A program made the translations under genes and the position numbers. The notes beneath the pieces are model-generated. The model saw only the letters and a program-made list of their open reading frames with translations. It was not told the origin of the DNA and made no database searches. From Candidatus Poribacteria bacterium (lineage in GTDB: Bacteria > Poribacteria > WGA-4E > WGA-3G), in NCBI GenBank assembly GCA_965205025.1, contig CBDBFU010000011.1, positions 32,001 to 96,000 on the forward strand: a stretch of 64,000 nt of DNA. Direction: 5' to 3'. Below, one piece after another: positions 18,873 through 29,458 of this stretch (the first letter of the stretch is position 1; the number at the start of each line of letters is the position of its first letter).

Positions 18873-19691
18873 ATGAAAAAAATGATATTAATTATGGCTA
18901 TGGCAATAGGGTATACTCTTACTCTATTAACTACTCCAATGCCATGTATAGCTTTACCACTTGGTGAAGTAGCAATTTATACTCAACGAGCTGGATGGAT
19001 GGGGCTCGCTGCCGCAGTTGCAGAAGGTAAAGAATTAGCTGACCTGTTAAAGAAACCTTCAAAGGTTGTTAACTTAAATGACCAAGAGATAGGAGATTGG
19101 GCAAAAAAACATACAGATAACGGTTTATCTGATATTATCGTCACTTTTGGGGACTTCCCAGATGCACTTTACCCAAAAGGTAATGCTAAGCCTGACGGCT
19201 CGATTGCAGAAAATTTCCTTGAAGGCGGAAATATCTTCCTCAATACTGCAGATTATATTTTTTATGTGGTAGAAGGTGCTGGGACCAACGGTGAACAAGG
19301 TTTGAAAAATATGATGGATATAAATGCTGACATGTGGGGAGACAATACCGCTATTAAACCAACAGCAGATGGTGAAAAATACACACCAACTCTCGCTGCC
19401 TTCACTACAGCGCGCCCCTTCAAGACTGCCCAGATTGTTGATCCTTGGGAAGTTGAAGTGGCTTTTGGTGACAATGGATCAGGCTTTCTCGATCCTGCAA
19501 TTGTTCACGACACCGAAACCGGTGGCCGCATAGGAATCCTTTACCAAGCACCTGGTAATGATGCACTCCCACGAGGTAAGGTGTTAGCAGAGATGATAGA
19601 TAACTTCCTCTTTGAAGTACTTGGTGCTCAAGCGGTTGATCCTCAACAGAAAGCAACAACTACATGGGGAGATCTAAAATCCGATTTTTAA
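18873..19691 (+). CDS. Secreted hypothetical protein with TW tail (paralog 1)
   Basis: Signal peptide, AAGGAG RBS, ends VDPQQKATTTWGDLK; colinear with next gene. Confidence 0.85.
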   Translation: MKKMILIMAMAIGYTLTLLTTPMPCIALPLGEVAIYTQRAGWMGLAAAVAEGKELADLLKKPSKVVNLNDQEIGDWAKKHTDNGLSDIIVTFGDFPDALYPKGNAKPDGSIAENFLEGGNIFLNTADYIFYVVEGAGTNGEQGLKNMMDINADMWGDNTAIKPTADGEKYTPTLAAFTTARPFKTAQIVDPWEVEVAFGDNGSGFLDPAIVHDTETGGRIGILYQAPGNDALPRGKVLAEMIDNFLFEVLGAQAVDPQQKATTTWGDLKSDF

Positions 19692-19776
19692 CTGGAAATA
19701 GAATATATTGAATCATCATGATAATTCAATATATTCTTGTATTATAATACTCAAAATTCCTCTCAAAGGAGACTTA

Positions 19777-20592
19777 ATGAACATGAGAAAAGTGATATTC
19801 GCATTTACCATACTTTTTGTTTTCGTCGCTACTACTTCCAGTTGGGCAGGACTTGGTGATGTTGCAATCTTTAGTGAAGGAGTTGGATGGATTTCAAAAG
19901 ATAATGCTGATATTCAGCGTGCTATAGTATTTGATAATTTGAAAAACGAAGTGTCTTCTGTTGGTGATGTTGTCTATAAAACCGATGCAGAAATCGGACC
20001 TTGGGCAGAAGATAGAATTGATGATGGTAAAGCAGACATCATCATTGTCTTTGGGTGGTTTCCAACAACTCTATATACCCCCGGGAATTCACAGGTTGAT
20101 GATTCAATTGCCGAACGTTTCCTCTACGGTGGAAATATCATCCTAAATTGTGCCGACTATGCTTTCTATGTTTCTGCAGATGGTGGCAATGGTGATAGTG
20201 GCTTGAAGAATATCATTAATATCAATGCTGATATGTGGGGTGGTGGTACTGTTATTACACCTACAGATGATGGAAAGAAATATACACCAGCGTTGGTGAA
20301 TTTTACATCTGAACGGCCATTTAAGGCTAATCAGATTGTTGACCCATGGAGTGTTGAAGTGAAATTCGGTGATAACGGTGCTGACTTCTTCGATCCAGGT
20401 ATCATTAAATTGAATGATAGCAGTGGTCGTGTTGGAATCTGTATGCAAGAACCAAGTAGAGGTGACTTGCCACGCGGTCAAGTCCTGATTGAAATGATAA
20501 GTTTTATTTCAATGCAGGATGATGTAGCTACTCCGGTTGAACCTACCGGTAAAACATCAACGACATGGGGTACACTTAAAGCTGCTTGGTAA
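19777..20592 (+). CDS. Secreted hypothetical protein with TW tail (paralog 2)
   Basis: AAGGAG RBS before ATG 19777; shares INADMWG, DGxKYTP, RPFK, QIVDPW, LPRG; ends VEPTGKTSTTWGTLK. Confidence 0.85.
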   Translation: MNMRKVIFAFTILFVFVATTSSWAGLGDVAIFSEGVGWISKDNADIQRAIVFDNLKNEVSSVGDVVYKTDAEIGPWAEDRIDDGKADIIIVFGWFPTTLYTPGNSQVDDSIAERFLYGGNIILNCADYAFYVSADGGNGDSGLKNIININADMWGGGTVITPTDDGKKYTPALVNFTSERPFKANQIVDPWSVEVKFGDNGADFFDPGIIKLNDSSGRVGICMQEPSRGDLPRGQVLIEMISFISMQDDVATPVEPTGKTSTTWGTLKAAW

Positions 20593-20626
20593 TGTTTATC
20601 AGTTCTTCCAAGTAAATTTCTAAATG

Positions 20627-20662
20627 AAAAGCGTATCTTCCAAACGGGAGATACGCTTTTTC
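20627..20662 (+). terminator. Intrinsic terminator
   Basis: AAAAGCGTATCTTCC-AAAC-GGGAGATACGCTTTTT. Confidence 0.8.
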
Positions 20663-20828
20663 TATTCAGTAGTGAATAAATTAGAATATTTATCATAAAT
20701 TAATCATCTACAGATAAGTAATCCTAACAATTGATGCGACACAATAACGTAATATTTTTGTACTGTTTAAAATTGATTTTACACGCTATCTATGATATAA
20801 AAGATACATCTTATAAGGAGAAAAACCA

Positions 20829-21779
20829 GTGAAACTTGTCTCATTTAAAGTAGTATCTCATGACCAATATACCAGAATAGGTGCATTAATTGATAACGAT
20901 CTAATTGCTGATCTCAATTTAGAGACATCAGATATGACCGAATTCTTTGAACAAGACCTAAGTGAGGATGCACAAGAGCATATTGATACAATTCAAAAAC
21001 AAATTGATCAAGGATCGGATTTATCCAAATCTGTCTTCAATATCGCTGATGTAGAATTACTTGCTCCATTTCCACGTCCTGCAAGTTTAAGAGATTTCGG
21101 GGTATTCAAAACTCATATGGACGCAGCATCCCGAATTACAGGAAAACCAATTTCTGAAGAATGGTACAAATTACCTAACTACTACCGGGGAAGTGCAAGT
21201 CCAGGGTCAGTTGCTGGACACGAGGCGATTGTTACCTGGCCAAATTATACAGAAAAGCTGGATTTTGAGCTTGAATGGGGTGTTTACATAGGTAAAACAG
21301 GTAAGAATATACCAATAGATGAAGCTCATGATTACATCGCTGGATTCACGATTTTCAATGATATTAGCGCGCGTGATATACAATTTCGCCATATGACACT
21401 ATCACTCGGTCCGGCAAAAGGGAAGGACTTTGATAATAGTAATATTATGGGACCATATCTTGTAACACCAGATGAAATCGGTGATCCGTATAACTTGAAA
21501 ATGACTGCAAAAGTAAATGGTGAACTCTGGTCTGAGGGAACTACTGCAGATATGTATTATTCATTTGCAGAAATGATCTCATTTGTGTCCCAGTCAGAGA
21601 CTATCTTTCCAGGGGAATTTTTAGGTTCAGGAACAGTAGGTATGGGATGTGGTTGGGAACTTGATAGATGGATACAACCAGGGGATGTGATTGAGCTTGA
21701 AGTTGAAAATATCGGGATACTTCGGAACACAATTGGTGAACCAGAAGTGAATTCGGCTGCTTGGAAGGAAAAAGTATAA
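20829..21779 (+). CDS. Fumarylacetoacetate hydrolase family protein
   Basis: LDFELE, FNDISARD, AKGKDF, GSGT. Confidence 0.9.
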   Translation: MKLVSFKVVSHDQYTRIGALIDNDLIADLNLETSDMTEFFEQDLSEDAQEHIDTIQKQIDQGSDLSKSVFNIADVELLAPFPRPASLRDFGVFKTHMDAASRITGKPISEEWYKLPNYYRGSASPGSVAGHEAIVTWPNYTEKLDFELEWGVYIGKTGKNIPIDEAHDYIAGFTIFNDISARDIQFRHMTLSLGPAKGKDFDNSNIMGPYLVTPDEIGDPYNLKMTAKVNGELWSEGTTADMYYSFAEMISFVSQSETIFPGEFLGSGTVGMGCGWELDRWIQPGDVIELEVENIGILRNTIGEPEVNSAAWKEKV

Positions 21780-21781
21780 CT

Positions 21782-22531
21782 GTGCGACTTAATGAGAAGG
21801 TGGCTATCATTACTGGTGCAGCGTCTGGAATAGGTAAAGCTACTGCCAAACTCTTCGCAGAACACGGTGCGAAAATTGTTGTCGCTGATATTGATACTGA
21901 TGGTGGTGAATTAACTGTAGCTGATATTAAGGATAAAGGATACCAAGGTAGTTTTATCCAAACCGATGTGACGATCCATGACAAAACACAACAGATGGTG
22001 GACCATACTGTTAATCTATATGGTAAACTTGATATTATCGTTAACAGTGCGGGGATTGCAATGCGTCTACCGGTAGACGAATTGCCTGAAGATGATTGGC
22101 ATCATTGTTTAGGTGTTAACCTAACTGGTGTCTTTCTTTGTTCTAAAGCAGCAATCCCCGCAATGAGAAAGAATTGTGGAGGATCTATAATAAATCTTTC
22201 CTCAATATACGGATTAGTTGGAGCTGAAGTACGTGCTGCTTATGTGGCATCAAAAGGTGCTGTAACCAATCTTACACGGGGTATGGCACTTGATTATGCT
22301 GAAGATAACATACGGGTCAACTGCATCTGTCCAGGATTTGTAGAAACACCTTTAGTAGCAGGGGTTGTGAAGAATCCTGATGAGTATCAGAAATTGGCAA
22401 ATAAACACCCATTACGTAGATTGGGACAACCCACTGAAATTGCCTATGGTGCATTGTATCTTGCTTCAGATGAATCTGCTTTTGTAACCGGTATCGCTTT
22501 ACCTATTGATGGTGGATATACTGCTGGTTAG
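21782..22531 (+). CDS. Short-chain dehydrogenase/reductase
   Basis: TGAASGIG, NSAG, YVASK, DGG; GTG start probable. Confidence 0.92.
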   Translation: MRLNEKVAIITGAASGIGKATAKLFAEHGAKIVVADIDTDGGELTVADIKDKGYQGSFIQTDVTIHDKTQQMVDHTVNLYGKLDIIVNSAGIAMRLPVDELPEDDWHHCLGVNLTGVFLCSKAAIPAMRKNCGGSIINLSSIYGLVGAEVRAAYVASKGAVTNLTRGMALDYAEDNIRVNCICPGFVETPLVAGVVKNPDEYQKLANKHPLRRLGQPTEIAYGALYLASDESAFVTGIALPIDGGYTAG

Positions 22532-22599
22532 ACAGATAGAGATTAATATATTATCTCAAGACTAATTTATCATTCATTGGTAAGAATAGAACATTATAG

Positions 22600-25323
22600 T
22601 TGGTTGAGGTAAGACACCTCAGCTTTTTATTCATGACACACATTCGTAGATTACCTCTTTATGCTTTTCTCTTACTATTACTAAACAGTTCATACCTATT
22701 TAGTTTCGGTGAACCAACCCTCTTCTACATTCTAAATGTACTAATCCATATAATACTTGGAAGTCTTCTCATAATACTCTTTTGCTACTATCTGGTAAAG
22801 AATATAAGGAAACTGTCAGTTGTTGGAAGAGTAGGAGTAATTGCTCTTACAATAGGTATTGTGAGTGCTTGTTATTTGATGGTGGTAGGAGCATCAACAC
22901 CGTATCGTTGGCTTCTTATCACTCATATTATTAGCATTACAATAGGTAGTTTACTATTTAGTCTACATCTACTGAAGAATACTAATCACATTACTGGAAA
23001 GTTTCAAAAAATATATATCAGTGTATTGGTATGTGTCCTTTTCTTTCCGATTGGAGCAAAACTTTCCCAACATTTCTTCCCAAATAAGACATATCTTGTC
23101 GAAAATCCTGCATTTCCACCAAGTAGTATGTATGATGAAGGAGGAGGAACAACAGGACACTTCTTCCCAGCATCTGTTGAGACAGATACTGGTAATTTTA
23201 TACCTACAGACTTTTTTCTTACTTCTGAAACATGTGCATCAAACGGATGTCATCCAGATATTTACAAACAATGGAATGAATCGGCACATCATTTTTCTTC
23301 CTTTAACAATCAATGGTATCGTAAATCCATAATCTATATGCAGGAAGTAAACGGCATACAACCATCAAAATGGTGTGGCGGTTGTCATGATCCTGCCATT
23401 CTACTCAATGGTGTAATGGATAAACCTATTCGTGAAAATCTACATACACCCGCAGCTCAAGCTGGACTGGCATGTACTGCCTGCCATTCTATTGATCGTG
23501 TTAAAGATACAATGGGAAATAGTGGATATGTAATAAAATATCCTCCACTTCATAATCTTGCTTCAAGCAATAATCGTTTGATTCGTATTATGCACAACTA
23601 CCTTATCAGACTTGATCCAGAACCCCATAAAAATAGCTTTATAAAACCATTTCATCGAGAAAATACAGCAGAATTCTGCTCCACATGTCATAAAGTTCAT
23701 CTTGATTTTCCAGTCAATAATTACAGATGGATCCGGGGATTTAATGATTATGATCAATGGCAGAAAAGTGGTGTATCCCATCAAGGAGCTCTTTCGTTTT
23801 ACTATCCTGAAAAAGCAAAAAAATGTGTTGATTGCCATATGCCTTTAGTAGATTCAAAGGATGCAGGGAACATAAAAGGGAAGGTACACAGTCACAGATT
23901 TGCAGCTGCAAATACTGCTCTGCCATACGTAAATAAACACGATACGCAATTAAAGGAAGTCACCAACTTTCTAAAGAACGATGTTGTTACACTTGATTTA
24001 TTTGCAGATGGTTCTCCAATACCTATGAATGGTACTACAGTTTCCAGGGACGAGAGTACTCTGATTGAGATAGTAGTTCGTACAAGAGGGGTAGGACACC
24101 ATTTCCCAACTGGGACAATTGATGCATTTGACATCTGGCTTGAGTTGAAAATAACAGATGAAAACGGGAAGATTGTCTTTTGGAATGGCAGGATTTCTGA
24201 GCCAGATGGAAATGGTCCCGTAGACCCAAGTGCACATTTTTACCGTAGTTATATGCTTGATGAACATGCTAACCTAATCAATAAACGTAATGTTTGGGCA
24301 ATGCGAAAAGTCTTATATTCAAATACTATCCCTCCCGGTGCTGCCGATACAGTACGTTATCGATTAGAAATTCCTCCTGATTGTGGGAATACTCTCAGTG
24401 TAGAAGCCAAACTTAATTACCGTAAATTTAACTGGTGGCATACTCAGTGGGCTTACGCTGGTGTACGTGATCCAGAGGATACAGATTTTATGGTCGATAA
24501 GGGTTATGACAATGGTAAATGGATTTGGACTGGGGATACAACTGATGTTGCTGGAAAAATCAAGACTATTCCAAATTTACCCATTGTGGTGATGGCTGAA
24601 GCGAAGACCCGACTCCTTGTACAATCTGAGAAGAACAATTCACAAATTACAGAATCAACACAGAATCAACTTTTAAATATAGATAATTTACGAGAACGTT
24701 GGAATGATTATGGAATAGGTTTGTTGCTTCAGGGAGATTTAAGAAAGGCAGAATCTGTTTTCTTAAAAGTAACTGAAATTGAACCGGGTTATCTTGATGG
24801 ATGGGTTAATGTTGCCAGATGTCGTATAAAAGAAGGAAATATGTCTGGGGCACAAACAATGTTAAATCAAGCCTTGGAATTACAGAAATCTCTTTCACCG
24901 ACAGATCCGAATCGTGCAAAGGTTCACTATTTTTATGGACTCGTACAGGAATCTTATGGTAATTACGATTTAGCGATACAACATGTTAAACAAGCTATAG
25001 AGCAATTTCCCCGAGACACGAGAGTAAGTAATCTATTAGGACGATTGCATTTTCTAAAGAGGAATTATCAGATCGCTATCTCTTATTTTCAGAAGAGTTT
25101 GAAAGTTGACCCTGAAGATTTAGATGCACACTACAATATGATGCGGTGTTACCGTGCACTTAAAAACCCATCTATGGAAGCAAAATCTCATAAGCTTTAT
25201 TTTCGGTTCAAAGCAGATGAATCAGTTGATGATATAACAGGTATTGCACGGCGTGCCGATACACATGCGAATATTGAACGACAACCAATTCATGAGCATG
25301 TGAATAGTTATAAATCAGAATAA
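22600..25323 (+). CDS. Membrane-anchored multiheme cytochrome c with C-terminal TPR repeats
   Basis: About five N-terminal TM helices; CGGCH, CTACH, CSTCH, CVDCH plus CASNGCH; TPR-like repeats; start could be 22633. Confidence 0.85.
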   Translation: MVEVRHLSFLFMTHIRRLPLYAFLLLLLNSSYLFSFGEPTLFYILNVLIHIILGSLLIILFCYYLVKNIRKLSVVGRVGVIALTIGIVSACYLMVVGASTPYRWLLITHIISITIGSLLFSLHLLKNTNHITGKFQKIYISVLVCVLFFPIGAKLSQHFFPNKTYLVENPAFPPSSMYDEGGGTTGHFFPASVETDTGNFIPTDFFLTSETCASNGCHPDIYKQWNESAHHFSSFNNQWYRKSIIYMQEVNGIQPSKWCGGCHDPAILLNGVMDKPIRENLHTPAAQAGLACTACHSIDRVKDTMGNSGYVIKYPPLHNLASSNNRLIRIMHNYLIRLDPEPHKNSFIKPFHRENTAEFCSTCHKVHLDFPVNNYRWIRGFNDYDQWQKSGVSHQGALSFYYPEKAKKCVDCHMPLVDSKDAGNIKGKVHSHRFAAANTALPYVNKHDTQLKEVTNFLKNDVVTLDLFADGSPIPMNGTTVSRDESTLIEIVVRTRGVGHHFPTGTIDAFDIWLELKITDENGKIVFWNGRISEPDGNGPVDPSAHFYRSYMLDEHANLINKRNVWAMRKVLYSNTIPPGAADTVRYRLEIPPDCGNTLSVEAKLNYRKFNWWHTQWAYAGVRDPEDTDFMVDKGYDNGKWIWTGDTTDVAGKIKTIPNLPIVVMAEAKTRLLVQSEKNNSQITESTQNQLLNIDNLRERWNDYGIGLLLQGDLRKAESVFLKVTEIEPGYLDGWVNVARCRIKEGNMSGAQTMLNQALELQKSLSPTDPNRAKVHYFYGLVQESYGNYDLAIQHVKQAIEQFPRDTRVSNLLGRLHFLKRNYQIAISYFQKSLKVDPEDLDAHYNMMRCYRALKNPSMEAKSHKLYFRFKADESVDDITGIARRADTHANIERQPIHEHVNSYKSE

Positions 25324-25445
25324 TTCTTTAGTAAAGGTAAATAACGAAGAAGATTACATCTTTGTTGTGCTTGCCAATTATACAGGGTTGTGTTATTATC
25401 ACAACGACCTAATATACATAACAAATCACTTAATAGGAGTTTTTT

Positions 25446-25871
25446 ATGGCAGTTTTTTTACATACACGTGTTCGTGTGAGTGATCTCGATAATTCTATAG
25501 ATTGGTATTGTGATCACTTAGGTTTTAAAGTTCTCAGTCGTAGTGATAAATCACCAGCAGGTAATCAGATTGTTCATCTTGAGTTACCTGGGAATGCACA
25601 TACTTTGGAACTTACCTATTCACCGGATTTTGACTTACAGGTTCAAGAGGATTTAATGCATTTTGCTATTGGCGTACCTGACATTGTTGAATTCTGCGAT
25701 GGGTTAGAGAAAGCCGGATTAGAAATATGGCCAGATGAGTGGCGAAAGCAATTTACATCCGGTGGAATGAAGATGGCATTTATTACAGATCCAGATGGAT
25801 ATGAGGTAGAGATATTGGAAAGGAAAGATACATCTGGGGATCCGCTTGATGTATTGGATGAATCTAATTAG
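25446..25871 (+). CDS. Glyoxalase/VOC family protein (lactoylglutathione lyase-like)
   Basis: FLHTRVRVSDL, LELTY, HFAI, FITDPDGYEVE. Confidence 0.88.
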   Translation: MAVFLHTRVRVSDLDNSIDWYCDHLGFKVLSRSDKSPAGNQIVHLELPGNAHTLELTYSPDFDLQVQEDLMHFAIGVPDIVEFCDGLEKAGLEIWPDEWRKQFTSGGMKMAFITDPDGYEVEILERKDTSGDPLDVLDESN

Positions 25872-25982
25872 TGATTCTAATATTGGATTTCAAACATGAA
25901 ATAACAGTGTGTGGTGTCTTGAAATCAAATGATCTAATAGATACCACACCTTACTTGGATCTATTCTACCCGATTGATGTGA

Positions 25983-26798
25983 TTAAACAAATGGCCAGAA
26001 TTGATTCCATGCTGTCATCCAATCTATACCTTGACTCTCCACAGTGACAGGACCGGTAACTTCTACGCCTGGACGGCCCTTGAATGTAGACATTTTATCT
26101 ACACTTGAGAGTTCTATTGTAATTGTCGTTGGTTTATCTGGTACATAGGGCTGTAGTTTTGATAAATCGGATAGAGCATTTTTCGTTGCCTCTTCAATCA
26201 TTTCCCGTGCTCTTACAGGCGGTATGTGTTTTGCGCTATATCTACTTAACCCCTTCTTGACTGCTACTATTGGGAGATCATTACCAAGTAAATCCCTTGC
26301 TTCTCTGCAAACAGCGGTATCCCCAGTAACAAGAGCAACAGGAACACCGTAATGTCCATTGAGTGCTGCATTAACACCGGTTTCTCCAACCAGGTCGTCG
26401 TTAAACCAGAGGTTACGATATTGCACTGTAGAGATTGTATGGCATAGAACACCGTCAGGTGTGTTGTTTCTTGCATGCATACCGATAAGGAGACAAGCAT
26501 CGCATCCATCTTTCCACATATCATCGAATCTGCCCCAACCGTGATGAGCAACCCATTCACAATTTGGATCAATCTTTTCAGGAATCAGAGAATTAAATGT
26601 CCATCCTTGTCCAGCGCCATGACAGTCAACGACAACAATCTCAGTCGCTCCAGCAGTTTTCGCACCTCTGACAGCTGCATTTATCTCTTCAGTATAAAGG
26701 AGCCTCCCTTCCTCAAACATTGCAGCACCACCATCAACTTGGTCCCATACAACGATCCCACTAACTCCTTCCATGTCAGACATTATCAGTACTTTCAT
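25983..26798 (-). CDS. M55 family D-aminopeptidase (DppA-like)
   Basis: SDMEG, DCHG, GMHA, HT, GETG. Confidence 0.9.
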   Translation of the reverse strand: MKVLIMSDMEGVSGIVVWDQVDGGAAMFEEGRLLYTEEINAAVRGAKTAGATEIVVVDCHGAGQGWTFNSLIPEKIDPNCEWVAHHGWGRFDDMWKDGCDACLLIGMHARNNTPDGVLCHTISTVQYRNLWFNDDLVGETGVNAALNGHYGVPVALVTGDTAVCREARDLLGNDLPIVAVKKGLSRYSAKHIPPVRAREMIEEATKNALSDLSKLQPYVPDKPTTITIELSSVDKMSTFKGRPGVEVTGPVTVESQGIDWMTAWNQFWPFV

Positions 26799-26932
26799 GA
26801 CTTATTCTCTTTATTACTGAATTATATATTCTCCTAAGTTTAAATCAACTGGGGTAAAATAGCAAGTTGAAATTATATCACTCCACATGAATGGAAAATT
26901 AGATTTGAAATAGCATTGAAATTGGGCATTTA

Positions 26933-28297
26933 ATGAAACAAACACGAGAAGATTTGACACAAGGTAGCCTATTCCGTCATCTTATTAAGCTTGCAGTACC
27001 AATCACTTTTGGTTACATCCTTCAAGATGCGTTTAATGTTGTAGATATGATTTTTGTTGGAAGACTTGGACCTGCATCCATCGCAGCAGTAGGAATGAGT
27101 GGGAATTTACTCCGATTAATAGGTGTATTCGCACTCGGTATATCAACTGGATCAGGTATTTTAGTTGCACAATATCTTGGCGCGAGAAACTATGCTCAAG
27201 CCGGACATGTGGCAATGCAAGCTATTCTCTTAGCAATATTCTCTGCAGTTGCTGTAGGACTAATCGGTTATCCGTTATCAGAATTTGGGTTGCGGTCATT
27301 AAGAATCAAAGATGCAGAGGTGATAAGACTTGGAACGACCTATATGCACATTATACTCGTAGGAATTAGTACCATGTTTTTGTCGATGACTCTTGGTTCT
27401 ATTTTCCGTGCTGGTGGAGATGCTGTAACACCTACGGTTGTGCTAATTTTCTCTACAATAATAAATATTGTATTAGACCCTCTCTTGATTTTTGGCATTT
27501 GGAAATTTCCTGAATTGGGTGTTGCTGGGTCAGCATACGCAACAATAATTGGAAGAGGATTTGGAGTCGTAGTACTTCTGATTCTAATTTGGGTAGGACG
27601 ATCTCCATTATCATTACGACATGTCCAATTACAACCAGATATGATTGAAATGCTTGACATTTTTAGGTTAGGTATTTATAGTTCTATGCAGGGATTCTGG
27701 AGACATTTGTCACGTCTTGTATTCCTTTGGGTAATTGGCCCCTATGGCAAATTCGCGGTTGCTGCTTATACGATCTGTATGCGATTACGCATTCTGGTGA
27801 TGAATCCTGGTTTCGGAATTGCCAATGCTGTTGCACCTGTGGTAGGTCAGAATATAGGTGCGAATCAGATAGAACGGGCTGAATCAACCACACGTATAGG
27901 TAATATCATTGGTACAACACTCATGTCTGGAATAGGAATTTTATTTCTTCTATTTCCAGATGTGTTTGTAACTATATTCAACGATGATCCTGAGGTAGTA
28001 AGTATTGGATCAATGTATCTTCAATTTCTTTCACTTACATTTGGTTTTATAGCATTTTCATTAGTATTAGGGAAAGCACTAAATGGTGCAGGGGATACGT
28101 TTTCTCCTATGATTATTACATTTGGATCACAAATGGGTGTAGGATTGTTGCTTGTCATTCTGTTTTCACGTATTATAGGATTAAATGGGGCATGGATTGG
28201 AATATCATTTTCCAATGTAGTACAAGGTGTCTCAATGTGGTTTTGGTATCGTACTGGGAAATGGAAAACAATCAATTTAACTAATAAGCAAAGGTAG
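26933..28297 (+). CDS. MATE family efflux transporter
   Basis: DLTQG, VDMIFVGRLG, NIVLDPLLIFG, ~12 TM helices. Confidence 0.92.
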   Translation: MKQTREDLTQGSLFRHLIKLAVPITFGYILQDAFNVVDMIFVGRLGPASIAAVGMSGNLLRLIGVFALGISTGSGILVAQYLGARNYAQAGHVAMQAILLAIFSAVAVGLIGYPLSEFGLRSLRIKDAEVIRLGTTYMHIILVGISTMFLSMTLGSIFRAGGDAVTPTVVLIFSTIINIVLDPLLIFGIWKFPELGVAGSAYATIIGRGFGVVVLLILIWVGRSPLSLRHVQLQPDMIEMLDIFRLGIYSSMQGFWRHLSRLVFLWVIGPYGKFAVAAYTICMRLRILVMNPGFGIANAVAPVVGQNIGANQIERAESTTRIGNIIGTTLMSGIGILFLLFPDVFVTIFNDDPEVVSIGSMYLQFLSLTFGFIAFSLVLGKALNGAGDTFSPMIITFGSQMGVGLLLVILFSRIIGLNGAWIGISFSNVVQGVSMWFWYRTGKWKTINLTNKQR

Positions 28298-28324
28298 TAT
28301 AGTCTACCTGAAAGAAGGGATTAA

Positions 28325-29158
28325 ATGGGGGATAAAGGGTACACAAACTCTGAACTTGTAGTTTCTGCAGAGGCATTAAAGAATGATATAGATGATGAAT
28401 CTCTCTGTATTGTAGATACGCGACCAACGCATGAATATATATTGGGACACATACCTGGGGCACTACACCTTGATCTTTTTGGTTTGAGTCTAATTAATAC
28501 CAGAAAAGATATGTTTGACACTTTTATGTGGATGATTGCATATTTATTCCAACAGAGAGGTATTGATTCATCAAAAACTATCATATGGTATGAGGATATA
28601 TCTGGCACACGTGCATCACGCGGATTATGGTTCTGCGAATATTTAGGTCACTCAAACACAAAGCTACTTGACGGAGGATTCAAAGCATGGGTGGTTGCTG
28701 ATGGCAAGGTTTGTTTAGAAGGGGTTGAACCCCCTGAAGTGTCAGAATTTCCTATCAATGCAAATCCAAGTTCACACATGGATGCAGATGTGATTAATGA
28801 TTTACTTAACAAAGAGGATTTTATCGCTCTGGATACCAGAACGGATGATGAACATTATGGTAGAGTAGCTCGTGCTAAACGACCAGGTGCAATTCCCGGT
28901 TCTGTACATATTGAGTGGTTAAATAATCTTGATGAAAACGGGGCATTCAAACATGCAGATGAGTTACGACAGATGTATGAAACTGTAGGGGTGACACACG
29001 AAAAACACGTGATGTGTTACTGACAAGGTGGATACCGTTCTTCCCAGTCCTATTTAGCTTTGCGTCTCTTGGGTTATCCAAAAGTTGGCAATTATATAGG
29101 TTCTTGGAAAGAGTGGGGAGACCGGCTGGACTTGCCGGTTGAAATACCTGTCGAATAG
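28325..29158 (+). CDS. Two-domain rhodanese/sulfurtransferase with in-frame TGA (probable selenocysteine) at the catalytic site
   Basis: GHIPGA, LLDGG, GAIPGS; TGA at 29021-29023 in Y-U-Q-G-G-Y-R-S; frame continues through NYIGSWKEW to TAG at 29158. Confidence 0.85.
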
Positions 29159-29176
29159 ATACAGTTACTATAAAAT

Positions 29177-29224
29177 ACACCTCTATCATAGAATTTCTAA
29201 GCATAAATACTATGATAGAGGTGT
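29177..29224. terminator. Long hairpin downstream of the sulfurtransferase
   Basis: ACACCTCTATCATAG...CTATGATAGAGGTGT. Confidence 0.6.
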
Positions 29225-29234
29225 TCTATTTAAT

Positions 29235-29416
29235 TATATATATATATATATATGCGTCAATTTTGGAGAGAAAATGTTATACCCAGGCCGGTAGGTGCGG
29301 TTTCCTAACCGCACTAAATTTGTGCTAAATCTTTGATTGAAAGCCCTTCGTATAATCCGCTTCGGTTAGGAAACCGAAGCTACCGTTCCTGGATGTGCAC
29401 TAAATTGACGCATATA
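29235..29416. mobile_element. MITE carrying GTAG-type REP hairpins, with 14-bp target duplication
   Basis: TIR TATATGCGTCAATTT / AAATTGACGCATATA; GTGTTCTATTTAAT at 29221-29234 and 29417-29430; (TA)n run at the left end. Confidence 0.8.
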
Positions 29417-29458
29417 GTGTTCTATTTAATGATATAACACCATCAAAATATGTACTGG

